A DNA stretch of 64,000 bases, from the NCBI GenBank assembly GCA_043747615.1, contig JAYTOU010000005.1:1-64000 (forward strand). The letters are read 5' to 3'. The notes under the pieces are model-generated. The model saw only the letters and a list, made by a program, of their open reading frames with translations, was not told where the DNA came from and made no database searches. Both the position numbers and the translations under genes were made by a program. This DNA comes from Myxococcales bacterium. Its GTDB lineage: Bacteria; Myxococcota_A; Polyangia; Polyangiales; Polyangiaceae. Positions 9,767-19,342 of the stretch are shown in pieces. Position 1 is the stretch's first letter; the number at the start of each line of letters is the position of its first letter.

Positions 9767-10504
9767 ATGCGGATCCATCCCACCGCGATCGTCGACTCGA
9801 GCGCCGAGCTTCACGACGACGTAGAGATCGGCCCGTATGCGGTCATCGGTCGCGGTGTCTCCCTCGGCCGTGGCACGCGCGTTCTTTCCCATGTTGTGTT
9901 GGAAGGGCCCACGCGCATCGGTGAAGAAAACGTCATCCATCCTTTTGCGGTGGTCGGCGGCCTTCCGCAGGCGAAGAAAGAGGGCGCGGCCGGCCGACTG
10001 ATCCTCGGGGATCGTAACGTGATCCGCGAGCACGCCACGATTCACCGCGGGACGCAGGGCAACGTCACTCAGATCGGCTCGTCCAACTTGCTGATGGTCG
10101 GATGCCACGTGGCGCACGATGTCACCATCGCGTCGCACGTCACGCTCTCGAACGGAGTGCAGCTCGCCGGTCACGCGGTGATCGAAGACTACGCGACGTT
10201 CGGTGGAATGAGCGGCGTCGCGCAGTTCGTGAAGGTCGGCGAGAGCGCGTTCGTCGCCGCCGGGGCGATGTGCGAGCGTGACGTCCCTCCCTTCGTCGTC
10301 GTGCAGGGTGACCGCGCTCGGGTGCGCGCCCTCAACAAGGTGGGACTCCGTCGTCGCGGAATAGACGACGCGGCAATCGGTCGGTTGGAGCGCGCCTTCC
10401 GTCTGCTCTTCGCGAGCAAGCTCACACGCGCCGAAGCGCTCCGCACGATCGATCAAGAAGACGATCGCGTCCGAAAGTTGCTCGGAGCGCTCGAAGCCGA
10501 TTGA
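9767..10504 (+). CDS. lpxA: UDP-N-acetylglucosamine O-acyltransferase
   Basis: IHPTAIVD, IREHATIHRGT, HVAHD, LAGH, LNKVGLRRRG; synteny. Confidence 0.9.
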   Translation: MRIHPTAIVDSSAELHDDVEIGPYAVIGRGVSLGRGTRVLSHVVLEGPTRIGEENVIHPFAVVGGLPQAKKEGAAGRLILGDRNVIREHATIHRGTQGNVTQIGSSNLLMVGCHVAHDVTIASHVTLSNGVQLAGHAVIEDYATFGGMSGVAQFVKVGESAFVAAGAMCERDVPPFVVVQGDRARVRALNKVGLRRRGIDDAAIGRLERAFRLLFASKLTRAEALRTIDQEDDRVRKLLGALEAD

Positions 10505-10534
10505 TTCGGCTTCGCTTCGGCCCCGCCCGAACGT

Positions 10535-13255
10535 CTACGGGAGCTTACCCGTGCCGATGATCTCCTCGAACGCGCGATCGAAATCGTCGTCAGCGCCTAC
10601 CGCTCGGGCCGGTGACGCGGGCTCGGGGGGCACGAGCTTCGAGACGCGTCGCACGCGTTCTTTCACGTCGCGGTAGTTCGGCTCACGCCGGGCCACGCGC
10701 TGGTAGTACGCGAGCGCGTCCTTGTGCATCTTCTTCATCTCGTAGGCGGAGCCGAGCTCGAACGAAAGCACCATCTCCTGCTCGGCCGTGCGTACCGGCG
10801 CATGGAGCCCACGCAAGAACGCTTGGATCGCCTCGCCGACGTCGTTGCGCTCGAGATGAATCGTTCCGATCACGGCCTCGCAGACGCACGTTCTTTCGGG
10901 GTCGCGTGAAGAAATTTCGAACTCCTTGATCGCGTCGTCGTGCCGCCCGATTTCCTTGTAGGCGATGCCCATGTCGTAATGAGCGGCGCTGTCTTCGGGC
11001 GCGAGCTGCTTGGAGACGCCCTCCTTGAACTGCGCGAAGACCTGCTCGACGTCCACTTCGCTCTGGGTTCCGCTGGTTTGTTTTCCGGTCGCGTCGCCTT
11101 CGAGGCCTTCGAGGGCATCGAGCGACGCCGCGATGTCGAAGCTGCGATCGTCGTCACCCTCGGTGCCGCGAACCGGCATCGCGCGGGTGCCCGAGGCTTG
11201 AGCGGCCGTCTGCTCCTGGCCGTCGAGATCCTCCATGCGCTCGCGGAGGAGCGGGTGCGAAGGGAGCCGCGAGAGCTGCTCGGTCAGGATGGCGCGCGCG
11301 TCGTCGTAGAGACCGCGGGAGGCGAAGAAATCCGCCTCTTCGAGCGCGTCTTCGAGCTCGGGAATGGGAGCACCGGTCGCGCCGGTCGCGCTCGAGGGGC
11401 TGATGCTCCGCGGGATGCCCGCCTCGTCGTTCTGGCGGCCGCTCATGGCGACCGTTGTCTCGTGCTCGTCGACCCGCTGATCGAGCGAGATCGGATCGGC
11501 ACTACTGCCGGGCGTCGGTGGACGTTGCCCTCTGGCCGCGACGAGCTCGAACGCCGGATCGCTCTCGGGCGCTTCGAGCGGAAAGCTAGGCAACGGAGCT
11601 TCAGCCTCGAAGGGATCGTCGGTAGACACGCTCGGCCCGGCGACCGGGATGCGACGGTCCGAGTAACGCTGCGAGACGTCCTCGGGGCCCATCTCTTCGA
11701 GGTCGTAGGACGGCAAAGGCTCGTCCGCTTCGACGGCCTCCTCGGGAACGTCGTAGCCGAGCTCGCGCAGCGTGTGGAGCGCGCGCTGGTTCGAAGGATC
11801 GATGCCGAGCACTTCCTGGAGTGAGCGGGCTGCGGACTCGCCGTCGAGCGAATCGAGCTGCATGGACGCTGCCACCAAGAGCTCGTCGACGGCCTCGTCC
11901 GGGCGACCGGCCTCGAGGAGCACGTCCTTCAGAGCAAAGCGCGCTTCGAGCGATCGCGGCTCGATTTCGAGCGCGGTGCGCAGGGTGTCAACGGCCGTCG
12001 TGAGCTGACGCCGTTGCCTCTGCGAGTCCGCTTCGGTGAGGAGGTCCGTGACCTGCTGGCCGGTGTCGCCGATCCCGTCGTCGACGTGCATCTCGGGGGC
12101 CGACTCGGGAACGCCTTGCTCTGCGACCACCCGGCCTGCGACGCCCGTCTCCCCTTCGTCATCCTGCTCGCCGTACATCTCGAGCTCGGGGAGCTCTTCT
12201 TCAACGAGCTCGTCGGCCTCAACCTCTTCGACATCGCCGTCGCCGTCGTCCGTAACGAGCTCAGGCTCGACCTCGGGCGGCGGAGCCTGGATCGACACGA
12301 TGGTGGGAGGCGCTGCAGCGCGAGATGCGATGAGCTGACGAACCCCTTCGTCGTTCGGAGCCTTGCGCTGAAGCTCCTGAACGAGCTCTTCGAAAAGCTC
12401 GGCCTTGCCCTGATCGCGCGCGATCCGCGCCATCTCTTTGTGGACTTCGATCCCCTTGTTCGCCTGTCCGATGGCGACGAACGCGCGCGCGAGAAGGGCG
12501 AGGGTATCGAGATCTTTCGGATTCGCCTGGAAGCAAATCTGGAGCTTCGCGAGGGCTTGCATGCCGTCGTTTGGCTGGGCGCGTGCGAGGTAGAGCTCGG
12601 CCGCCATCCGAGCTTGAGAAGGATCTGGCCGGTGATGCAGCAGGCGCTCGATCACCTTGAGCGCGTCGTCGCGGCGATTGTGCTTCACGAGCTGCGTTGC
12701 GGCGATCCCGAACTCCGTTGCCGCGCCGTCCGCGTCCTTGCCGCGCGAGAGCGCCTCGGCGAGCCGGAGGTGCGGCAGCGGGTTCGTTGGATCGAGCTGG
12801 ACGATCTTGTGGAAGACCTCGATTGCTTCGGAGTCACGCCCGGCTCGCTGGTAGCGGGTCGCGACCTCATCAAGGGCGGCGAGAGCATCGCTGGTCAGCC
12901 CGAGCTGCTGATAGAGCTCCGCGAGCTTCGGCGAAATGTGCGAGTAGCGCTCTTCGAGCTGGGGGATGTGCTTGTGGATGATCTCGCGGATTTGTTTGTA
13001 GACCGCGATGGCCTTGAGCGCGAATCCCTGAGCCGCGTAGTGCTTGCCGACGCGCTCGTAAGACGCGATCGCTTCAGCGTACTTCTCCTGTTTTGATTGG
13101 AGGTCGCCGATCTTCAGCAGGATCCGAGCGTCGTTCGGATCCTCCTGGATAATCTTTTGGTACTCGAGAACCGCCCTGTCGTACTTCTTCTTCTCGACGA
13201 AACTTTGGGCGGCCTGCAGTACCTTGTCGCGGTCAATCGCCACGGATGAAGGCAC
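10535..13255 (-). CDS. Large TPR protein, SgmX-like type IV pilus activator
   Basis: N-terminal TPR block 'DRDKVLQAAQSFVEKKKYDRAVLEYQKI...GFALKAIAVYKQI...LAELYQQLGL', acidic linker, and C-terminal TPRs 'HYDMGIAYKEIG'. This matches my recollection of Myxococcus SgmX architecture. Confidence 0.7.
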   Translation of the reverse strand: MPSSVAIDRDKVLQAAQSFVEKKKYDRAVLEYQKIIQEDPNDARILLKIGDLQSKQEKYAEAIASYERVGKHYAAQGFALKAIAVYKQIREIIHKHIPQLEERYSHISPKLAELYQQLGLTSDALAALDEVATRYQRAGRDSEAIEVFHKIVQLDPTNPLPHLRLAEALSRGKDADGAATEFGIAATQLVKHNRRDDALKVIERLLHHRPDPSQARMAAELYLARAQPNDGMQALAKLQICFQANPKDLDTLALLARAFVAIGQANKGIEVHKEMARIARDQGKAELFEELVQELQRKAPNDEGVRQLIASRAAAPPTIVSIQAPPPEVEPELVTDDGDGDVEEVEADELVEEELPELEMYGEQDDEGETGVAGRVVAEQGVPESAPEMHVDDGIGDTGQQVTDLLTEADSQRQRRQLTTAVDTLRTALEIEPRSLEARFALKDVLLEAGRPDEAVDELLVAASMQLDSLDGESAARSLQEVLGIDPSNQRALHTLRELGYDVPEEAVEADEPLPSYDLEEMGPEDVSQRYSDRRIPVAGPSVSTDDPFEAEAPLPSFPLEAPESDPAFELVAARGQRPPTPGSSADPISLDQRVDEHETTVAMSGRQNDEAGIPRSISPSSATGATGAPIPELEDALEEADFFASRGLYDDARAILTEQLSRLPSHPLLRERMEDLDGQEQTAAQASGTRAMPVRGTEGDDDRSFDIAASLDALEGLEGDATGKQTSGTQSEVDVEQVFAQFKEGVSKQLAPEDSAAHYDMGIAYKEIGRHDDAIKEFEISSRDPERTCVCEAVIGTIHLERNDVGEAIQAFLRGLHAPVRTAEQEMVLSFELGSAYEMKKMHKDALAYYQRVARREPNYRDVKERVRRVSKLVPPEPASPARAVGADDDFDRAFEEIIGTGKLP

Positions 13256-13536
13256 TCCTCACGGTGTCGGAATCGGACATGAAACTTCGGACAAAGGTAA
13301 GACGACCGCCCGGGGCGCGACGAAAGACGACAAAGGTCACGGGTTCGACGGGCACGTTCGAAGAGCGCAAGACGAGCGGAAGCAGGACTTCGTAAGAGTA
13401 GCGCCGCTTTGCATCGATTGCATACTTCCAGACCAATGGTCGCTCCACTCCGCGCGCCTATGAGGGGATATGTAAGCGATTAGTCGTCGGCCCCACTCGA
13501 CGGGCAGCGACGAGAGGCCTACATTTCAGGGTCCCA

Positions 13537-14985
13537 ATGCCCACCGAGTCCACGCTGTACAAGGCCCCTTTCGCTCCCGCTGGCGCCAACGCTATCGATG
13601 CACAAATTGCCGAAAAATTGCTGGGGATCGCCCTCCAGGCCGGGGGTGACTATGCGGATCTCTTCTTCGAGTACCGCGCCGGCGGGGGGCTCGTCTTCGA
13701 TGAGGGCATCCTGAAGAGTGCCTCTCGGGGCGTGGGCATGGGTCTCGGCGTCCGGGTCCAAAAGGGGGACGCCACCGGCTACGCCTACGTCGAGCAGTTC
13801 GACTGGGACGCCATGAAGCGCGCCGCGGAGACCGCCGGGCAGATCGCTTTCGGGGGCGGCGGGCGCATGCAAGTCACGGCCGCGCGGTCGGTCACCATGC
13901 CGCGCCGTTACGAGCTCAACCAGGTCACGCTCGACGTCCCCGGAATGGACAAGAGGCGCATCCTCGAGCGCGCCGCCGCGGCCGCCCACGCCTACGACAA
14001 ATTGGTGATCAAGGTAGAAGCGAGCTTTGCCGAAGAGCTCCGCGAGCTCCTCATCGTGACCAGCGACGGAAAAATGGCGCGCGACGTCCAGCCGCTCATG
14101 CGTTTCGGAATCCGGGTCATCGCCGAGCGCGACGGCAAGCGGCAAGAGGGCTCTTCGGGCGGCGGCGGGCGGACCACCATCGGGTACTTCGACGGAAAGA
14201 GTCCCGAGTGGCACGCCACCCAAGCCGCGGAGCAAGCGGTGCGGATGCTCGACGCGCAAGAAGCGCCTGCAGGCACGATGGAAGTGGTGCTCGCCCCCGG
14301 CGACAGCGGAATTCTTTTGCACGAAGCCGTCGGTCACGGTCTCGAGGCCGACTTCAACCGCAAGGGCACGAGCAACTACACCGGCCAAGTCGGCAACGTC
14401 GTGGCGAGCGAGCTCTGCACGGTGATCGATGACGCGACGCTGCTGCAATCTCGCGGGTCGATCAACATCGACGACGAAGGAAACGAGCCGAGATCAAGCG
14501 TCCTCATCGAAAATGGGAAGCTTGTAGGATACATGCATGATCGCCTGAGCGCGAAGCACTTCAAGCTCACCCCGAGCGGCAACGGCCGTCGCGAGAGCTT
14601 TGCGTGCGCCCCGATGCCCCGCATGACGAACACCATCCTGATGGGTGGCAAGCACTCCGCCGAAGAGATCTTGAAGACCGTGAAGCGCGGTGTCTTCGCG
14701 AAAAAATTCGGCGGCGGTCAGGTCGACATCACCAACGGTGACTTCGTCTTCTCGCTCACCGAGAGCTACCTCGTCGAAGACGGAAAGATCACTGCGCCGC
14801 TCAAGGGCGTGAACTTGATCGGCAACGGACCCGACGTTCTTCGCAAGGTCTCCATGCTCGGCAACGACGTCGAGGTCTCCGACGGCATCTGGACGTGCGG
14901 CAAGGACGGCCAGAGCGTCCCCGTCGGCGTCGGCTGCCCGACGGTGAAGATCTCCGCCATCACCGTCGGCGGAACGAAAATCTGA
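13537..14985 (+). CDS. tldD: TldD metalloprotease
   Basis: LLHEAVGHGLEADFNRKG (HExxxH), PMPRMTNT, CGKDGQSVPVGVG. Confidence 0.95.
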   Translation: MPTESTLYKAPFAPAGANAIDAQIAEKLLGIALQAGGDYADLFFEYRAGGGLVFDEGILKSASRGVGMGLGVRVQKGDATGYAYVEQFDWDAMKRAAETAGQIAFGGGGRMQVTAARSVTMPRRYELNQVTLDVPGMDKRRILERAAAAAHAYDKLVIKVEASFAEELRELLIVTSDGKMARDVQPLMRFGIRVIAERDGKRQEGSSGGGGRTTIGYFDGKSPEWHATQAAEQAVRMLDAQEAPAGTMEVVLAPGDSGILLHEAVGHGLEADFNRKGTSNYTGQVGNVVASELCTVIDDATLLQSRGSINIDDEGNEPRSSVLIENGKLVGYMHDRLSAKHFKLTPSGNGRRESFACAPMPRMTNTILMGGKHSAEEILKTVKRGVFAKKFGGGQVDITNGDFVFSLTESYLVEDGKITAPLKGVNLIGNGPDVLRKVSMLGNDVEVSDGIWTCGKDGQSVPVGVGCPTVKISAITVGGTKI

Positions 14986-15162
14986 GCTACTGACCGTTGC
15001 TCTACACGCCGTCGACACACGTGATGTCGGCGGTGGCGTGCGAGCTGAACCCGACGCCCACGCACATCTTGCGAGGGAAGGTGAGCACTTGGTCGGTCGT
15101 GTTGTTCCAGTCGCACGATCGTAGAGCATCGAGGCGTGTCCGCTGCCAGTTCAACTCGTCAG

Positions 15163-15477
15163 TCAGGTCCAATGACCTTCCGTGAAGACCCATCCCCGCT
15201 GGGTCCGGTGCCAGCGGCCGGTGGTCCAGACGGCGTGTGCGTGCGGCCGTGATTGCCAGTGACCCGGGATCCAAATGTACTCGACGCCATTCCAGTACCA
15301 GTTGCCCCGGACCCACGTGTAACTGGGCCCGGGGGCGCCCCCTTCGACCTCGATCGGCTCAGAGGGCGGAGCTTCGAAGGCGTAGACCACCTGCGGATGG
15401 GTCTGCGCGAAACACCCGCAAATGACCGAGCCAAAGACGATCGCGATTCCGACGAGAGGCGCGAGAAAGGCCGTCAC
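15163..15477 (-). CDS. WXXGXW (YXWGXW) repeat lipoprotein
   Basis: Hydrophobic N-terminus followed by Cys; WVRGNW, WIPGHW, WTTGRW, FTEGHW repeats. The GTG start is inferred. Confidence 0.75.
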   Translation of the reverse strand: MTAFLAPLVGIAIVFGSVICGCFAQTHPQVVYAFEAPPSEPIEVEGGAPGPSYTWVRGNWYWNGVEYIWIPGHWQSRPHAHAVWTTGRWHRTQRGWVFTEGHWT

Positions 15478-15507
15478 TCGACGCCGGACCCGCAGCGCGG
15501 TATTTCC

Positions 15508-16314
15508 GTGGTCGTGTCGCTTCGTCCAAAAAATACATCGTTCGTGCTCGTGGTGGGGCATCGTCCACTGCTTGAGTTAGACGATGGCGCAGCGGCGCAT
15601 CTTCGGCAACTCGGCGCCGCCGTTCTGGTGATGGATTTTTGGGACGAGGTCACTACCGTCCTGCCCGCGTTCGGGGCCGACGCGAGGGCGATCGTGGTCG
15701 AAGCGGGAGATCGGCTCGACTTCGCGATCGCCTCCCTTCGCGCCGTGCGTCGTGACCCGCGCCTCGCCGCAATCCCGGCGATTATCGCAGTGCCCACCCG
15801 CCAGATCACCCGCGTGGAGCCAACGAGCGGCTTCGACGATTTCATCACCATCCCCTACGCCTCCGCGGAGCTCTATGCGCGCATCCGCCAGCTCGAATGG
15901 AAGATGAGCGAGTTCTCCAACGACGAGCGCCTGAAGATCGGAAAGCTGGTCATCGATCGCGCCGCGCACGAAGTGGCTCTCGATGGTCGGGCGGTGGTGA
16001 TGACGGCGAAGGAGTTCGCGCTCCTCGCTTTTTTGGCTTCGAACCGCGGGCGCGTCTTCAGTAGAAATTCGCTCCTCGCGCGCGTGTGGGGAGCCAATTA
16101 CGAAGGTGGTGCACGCACCGTCGACATTCACGTTCGTCGGCTTCGCGCCAAGCTCGGAGACGCTCTGCCGCTCGAGACGCTGCGCGGCGCGGGCTACAAG
16201 CTGCGCGCTCCCACCGAAGTCGAAGGCGACGGCGTAGAAGCCACGCTCGACGAAATCGCCCCCACCGTCAAAGCGATCGCGGAGCGCAGCCATCGCAGCG
16301 AGAGCAAGCGGTGA
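15508..16314 (+). CDS. OmpR/PhoB-type winged-helix regulator with an atypical (pseudo-)receiver
   Basis: C-terminal MTAKEFALL..GRVFSR..VWG..RTVDIHVRRLRAKLG..TLRGAGY. The receiver lacks the canonical DD/D/K residues. Start is approximate. Confidence 0.85.
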   Translation: MVVSLRPKNTSFVLVVGHRPLLELDDGAAAHLRQLGAAVLVMDFWDEVTTVLPAFGADARAIVVEAGDRLDFAIASLRAVRRDPRLAAIPAIIAVPTRQITRVEPTSGFDDFITIPYASAELYARIRQLEWKMSEFSNDERLKIGKLVIDRAAHEVALDGRAVVMTAKEFALLAFLASNRGRVFSRNSLLARVWGANYEGGARTVDIHVRRLRAKLGDALPLETLRGAGYKLRAPTEVEGDGVEATLDEIAPTVKAIAERSHRSESKR

Positions 16315-17408
16315 ACCGCAGCGCACCCCTTGGGATATCGCGAAGGCCATTACTCGCGTTGAGCGTGGGGTGTCCATGTGGGGTAGGGCCCGAGGTCAGC
16401 GTGGTCGCCGCCGCGGAGTCGAAAGCGAGGGTGATCCTGGTCGGAGATTTTCGCGTGATCGCGCGTGCGGCTGCCGGTCGCGGAGTCGATCCGTCGCGTC
16501 TTCGCCAGGTAGCTCGGCCCGACGATCAAACGCGCCACGGAGAGATCGCCGTGTGGCAACCGACGAGGACCCTCGCCGCGCGCGATACGCGCTTCGGAAA
16601 GCCCACGCCCGCATCTGGAGCCGCGCAGCTCGCGTGGATCGATGCAGCGTGCGATCTGGCGCGCTCAGGGATCGCCGGCGCAATGGTCACCGGCCCGGTG
16701 AGCAAAGAGGCCATCTCCGGCTCAGGGGCGCCAGGGTCCGCCGGTTTTCTCGGGCACACCGAGCACCTCCAGGCTCGCCTTCGCGCGCGTGAGGTAGTGA
16801 TGGCATTCTGGACGCCGAAGCTGACCACCTCCCTCGTGACGACGCATCTGTCGATCGCGGCCGTACCAAGAGCGATCACCGCCGCGGCCGTGTCGCGCGC
16901 GACGTATTTCTTGGGAGCGTTGCTTTCGGAGCTCTCGCGCGGACCGGCTCCGAAGATCGTCGTGTGCGGGTTGAACCCTCACGCAGGCGAAAACGGGCTC
17001 CTCGGAAAAGAAGAGACGACGCGCATTTTGCCTGGAATTTCTCGAGCGAAAACGCGTTTGGCCGCTGCGCGAAAACGGGTGGTCGTCGACGGACCGCGCC
17101 CAGCGGAGAGCGCGTTTCGCCACGCCGTGAATGGGCGCTTCGACGGCGTCGTCGCGATGTACCACGACCAGGCGACCATCCCCATGAAGCTAGTTGGCTT
17201 CGGGGAAGCGGTGAACGTCTCGCTAGGGCTCCCTATCGTGCGCACCAGCGTCGATCACGGAACGGCGTACGACATTGCCGGAACGTGGGTGGCCGATCCG
17301 CGGGGGATGAGCGAGGCGATCTCTCTCGCCGCTCGGCTCTCGCAGGCCGTCGGGTCCAAGCGATCCACTAGCGCCGCAGGATCGCGTACGCAGCCCAGCC
17401 GACGCTGA
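16311..17408 (+). CDS. pdxA: 4-hydroxythreonine-4-phosphate dehydrogenase
   Basis: GVGPEV, VTGPVSK, GHTE, GLNPHAGENG, AMYHDQ, RTSVDHGTAYDIAG; GTGA overlap with the upstream gene. Confidence 0.95.
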   Translation: MNRSAPLGISRRPLLALSVGCPCGVGPEVSVVAAAESKARVILVGDFRVIARAAAGRGVDPSRLRQVARPDDQTRHGEIAVWQPTRTLAARDTRFGKPTPASGAAQLAWIDAACDLARSGIAGAMVTGPVSKEAISGSGAPGSAGFLGHTEHLQARLRAREVVMAFWTPKLTTSLVTTHLSIAAVPRAITAAAVSRATYFLGALLSELSRGPAPKIVVCGLNPHAGENGLLGKEETTRILPGISRAKTRLAAARKRVVVDGPRPAESAFRHAVNGRFDGVVAMYHDQATIPMKLVGFGEAVNVSLGLPIVRTSVDHGTAYDIAGTWVADPRGMSEAISLAARLSQAVGSKRSTSAAGSRTQPSRR

Positions 17409-17745
17409 TGGCGCAGACGGCGGCGGCGCCGAGGGTGATGCCGATCGGGATCTTCGTCACCGTCGGGGTCTTCATGGAGAGCATCATCTGCGTGGCCGCG
17501 ATGACGATACCGTCGAGCTTCTTCTTGGCGACGACGGCCTTTTCCGGATCGTCTTTCAGCGCCCGGTAACGCCCGGCCGCATCGGGGAGCATCTGCGCTC
17601 GCACCGCGTATTCCAGGAGCGCGCTGTGCGTCTTGTCGTCGTCCCACGTCTCAAGAACCCGACCCCACAGCGTATCGAAGATGAGATCGCCGCCGTCGTG
17701 TCGTAGTTCTGCGCGCTCGACGTTGCCGTCCTCGGAGGGGTCCAC
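17368..17745 (-). CDS. Hypothetical protein with a C-terminal TM helix
   Basis: GC3-rich codon usage and a hydrophobic C-terminus. Confidence 0.6.
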   Translation of the reverse strand: MDPSEDGNVERAELRHDGGDLIFDTLWGRVLETWDDDKTHSALLEYAVRAQMLPDAAGRYRALKDDPEKAVVAKKKLDGIVIAATQMMLSMKTPTVTKIPIGITLGAAAVCAISVGWAAYAILRR

Positions 17746-17801
17746 GATGCGTATTCAGCCAGACTTTGCGCTGTCGATCCAGATGGTGACCGGGCCCGCC
17801 C

Positions 17802-18224
17802 TCATCCGAAGGGCAGTCTCAGCTCGCGACAGAGGCTCTTCACGATCTCGAAATACGCTGCGCGGTCGTAGGGCTCATTGAGGATGTGAAAGTCGCGCTT
17901 CACGAGCCCGACGCATCCGAAGCAATAGGTGCAGCCGGTCGAGGCGACGCAGCGAACGAGGTACGCGCTGCCGCTGCAGCGCTCAGACTCGATGCACTGC
18001 GTGCAATGGAGACAGCTCGTGCAGCGCTGGCACTGCGAGCAATCTGTGCAGTCTACACATGAACGGCAAAATTGGCAGCGCGCGAGGTTCTTGCTGTCGA
18101 CGCAGAAGGTCGAGTCCGTGCAGCGCTCGCACGCCTCGCACGCGTGGCAGCCGACGTTGGTCGCCAAGCGCCCCTGGGACTGCACCAATGCCTTGAAGCT
18201 CGCTTCGAACTCGGACCGGGTCAT
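17802..18224 (-). CDS. Small Cys-rich CxxC-repeat protein
   Basis: Dense CxxC periodicity ending in CFGCVGL..HILNEPY; start MTRSEF inferred. Confidence 0.75.
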   Translation of the reverse strand: MTRSEFEASFKALVQSQGRLATNVGCHACEACERCTDSTFCVDSKNLARCQFCRSCVDCTDCSQCQRCTSCLHCTQCIESERCSGSAYLVRCVASTGCTYCFGCVGLVKRDFHILNEPYDRAAYFEIVKSLCRELRLPFG

Positions 18225-18313
18225 TAGGGAGAAACACCACTTTTTTGGCCATTGGGTCAAGGTGGGCGCATGTAGGTACCGCGCTGGGTTACCGCGCAAA
18301 CCAGGAGGATCTT

Positions 18314-19336
18314 ATGAAGTCGTTCGTTGCTCTCGCGCTCTCGGCATTGGCATGGTCACCCGCCGCTTTCGCGGCTCCCAAGGACGCGGTGGCTCCGGCT
18401 CACGCTGTCCATGGAGCGACTGCGCTTCGTAACCGGCCGGCCCCCGCGGCTCCGAAAAAATCGGTCGCCCCGGCAAAGACCGCCGCGAAGCAGCTCCCAC
18501 CGATGCTCAAGCCGAAGATCGCTCCGAAGCCCCCCTGCCTGCACCCGTCTGTGCAGATCATGCGCGGGACGGAGGAAGACACGTTCGCGCTCACACGTTG
18601 CGACGGCAGCGCCGCACCGGCCGCAGTCGAGCATCTTTCGATCCTCGCGCGCCCCGGAAACGCACTCCGCCCCGCGACGCCCTTCACCGACCTCCTCAAG
18701 GGCAAGGGGCCAAACGTCGCGCCTGGAATCAGGCGAGTCGATCCGAAGCTTCTCGAGCGGCTCCAGACCGTCGTCGATCACTTCGCGCCGACCAAGATCG
18801 CGCGCTTCCAGGTGATCTCCGGCTACCGACCGAGCAGCGTTGGCAGCTACCACGCGAGTGGACGCGCCCTCGACGTCCGCCTCGAAGGGATCTCGAACGA
18901 GGCTCTCGTCGCCTTCTGCAAGACGCTCCCCGATACGGGCTGCGGCTACTACCCGAACAGCTCCTTCATGCACATTGACGTTCGTGATCCCGGGACCGGC
19001 CACGTCGGCTGGATCGATGCAAGCGGCCCTGGCGAATCACCGCGCTACGTCGCCGCCTGGCCCCCGCCGGCCGTGCCCACCGAGAAATCGCTTGCCGCCG
19101 ACGACGCGCTCGCCAAGCTCGACAAAGAGCTGCAGCAGCTCCCGGTCGACGAGCACCCCGCCGAGGTCGCGAAGGACGCGGCCAAGGAGACCGCGAGCAG
19201 CGACGAGCTCCCGATCCCCGCGGAAGATCCCGCGTTGGCCTCGAAAGAAGCTCCTCGCGTCGTCAAGATGCCGCCCGCCGTACCCGGGCCGTTCACGCTC
19301 TTGAAGCCGCTCGAACCGGTGACGGAAAAAAATTAG
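18314..19336 (+). CDS. YcbK/DUF882-like peptidase M15 family secreted protein
   Basis: Signal peptide after an AGGAGG RBS; DPKLLERL, VISGYR, SYHASGRALD, GYYPNSSFMHIDVR. Confidence 0.85.
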   Translation: MKSFVALALSALAWSPAAFAAPKDAVAPAHAVHGATALRNRPAPAAPKKSVAPAKTAAKQLPPMLKPKIAPKPPCLHPSVQIMRGTEEDTFALTRCDGSAAPAAVEHLSILARPGNALRPATPFTDLLKGKGPNVAPGIRRVDPKLLERLQTVVDHFAPTKIARFQVISGYRPSSVGSYHASGRALDVRLEGISNEALVAFCKTLPDTGCGYYPNSSFMHIDVRDPGTGHVGWIDASGPGESPRYVAAWPPPAVPTEKSLAADDALAKLDKELQQLPVDEHPAEVAKDAAKETASSDELPIPAEDPALASKEAPRVVKMPPAVPGPFTLLKPLEPVTEKN

Positions 19337-19342
19337 CTCTGC

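Noticed and set aside
13537..14985. TldD as the dedicated leader peptidase of the RiPP (TldD/E processes microcin B17)
   Set aside because: It is 8.5 kb away among housekeeping genes, has no tldE partner in the window, and is widespread. It could act in trans, but nothing here links it.
15002..15175. Small minus-strand ORF ending '...CDWNNTTDQVLTFPRKMCVGVGFSSHATADITCVDGV'
   Set aside because: It may be a gene fragment but has no clear start or RBS and no recognisable family.
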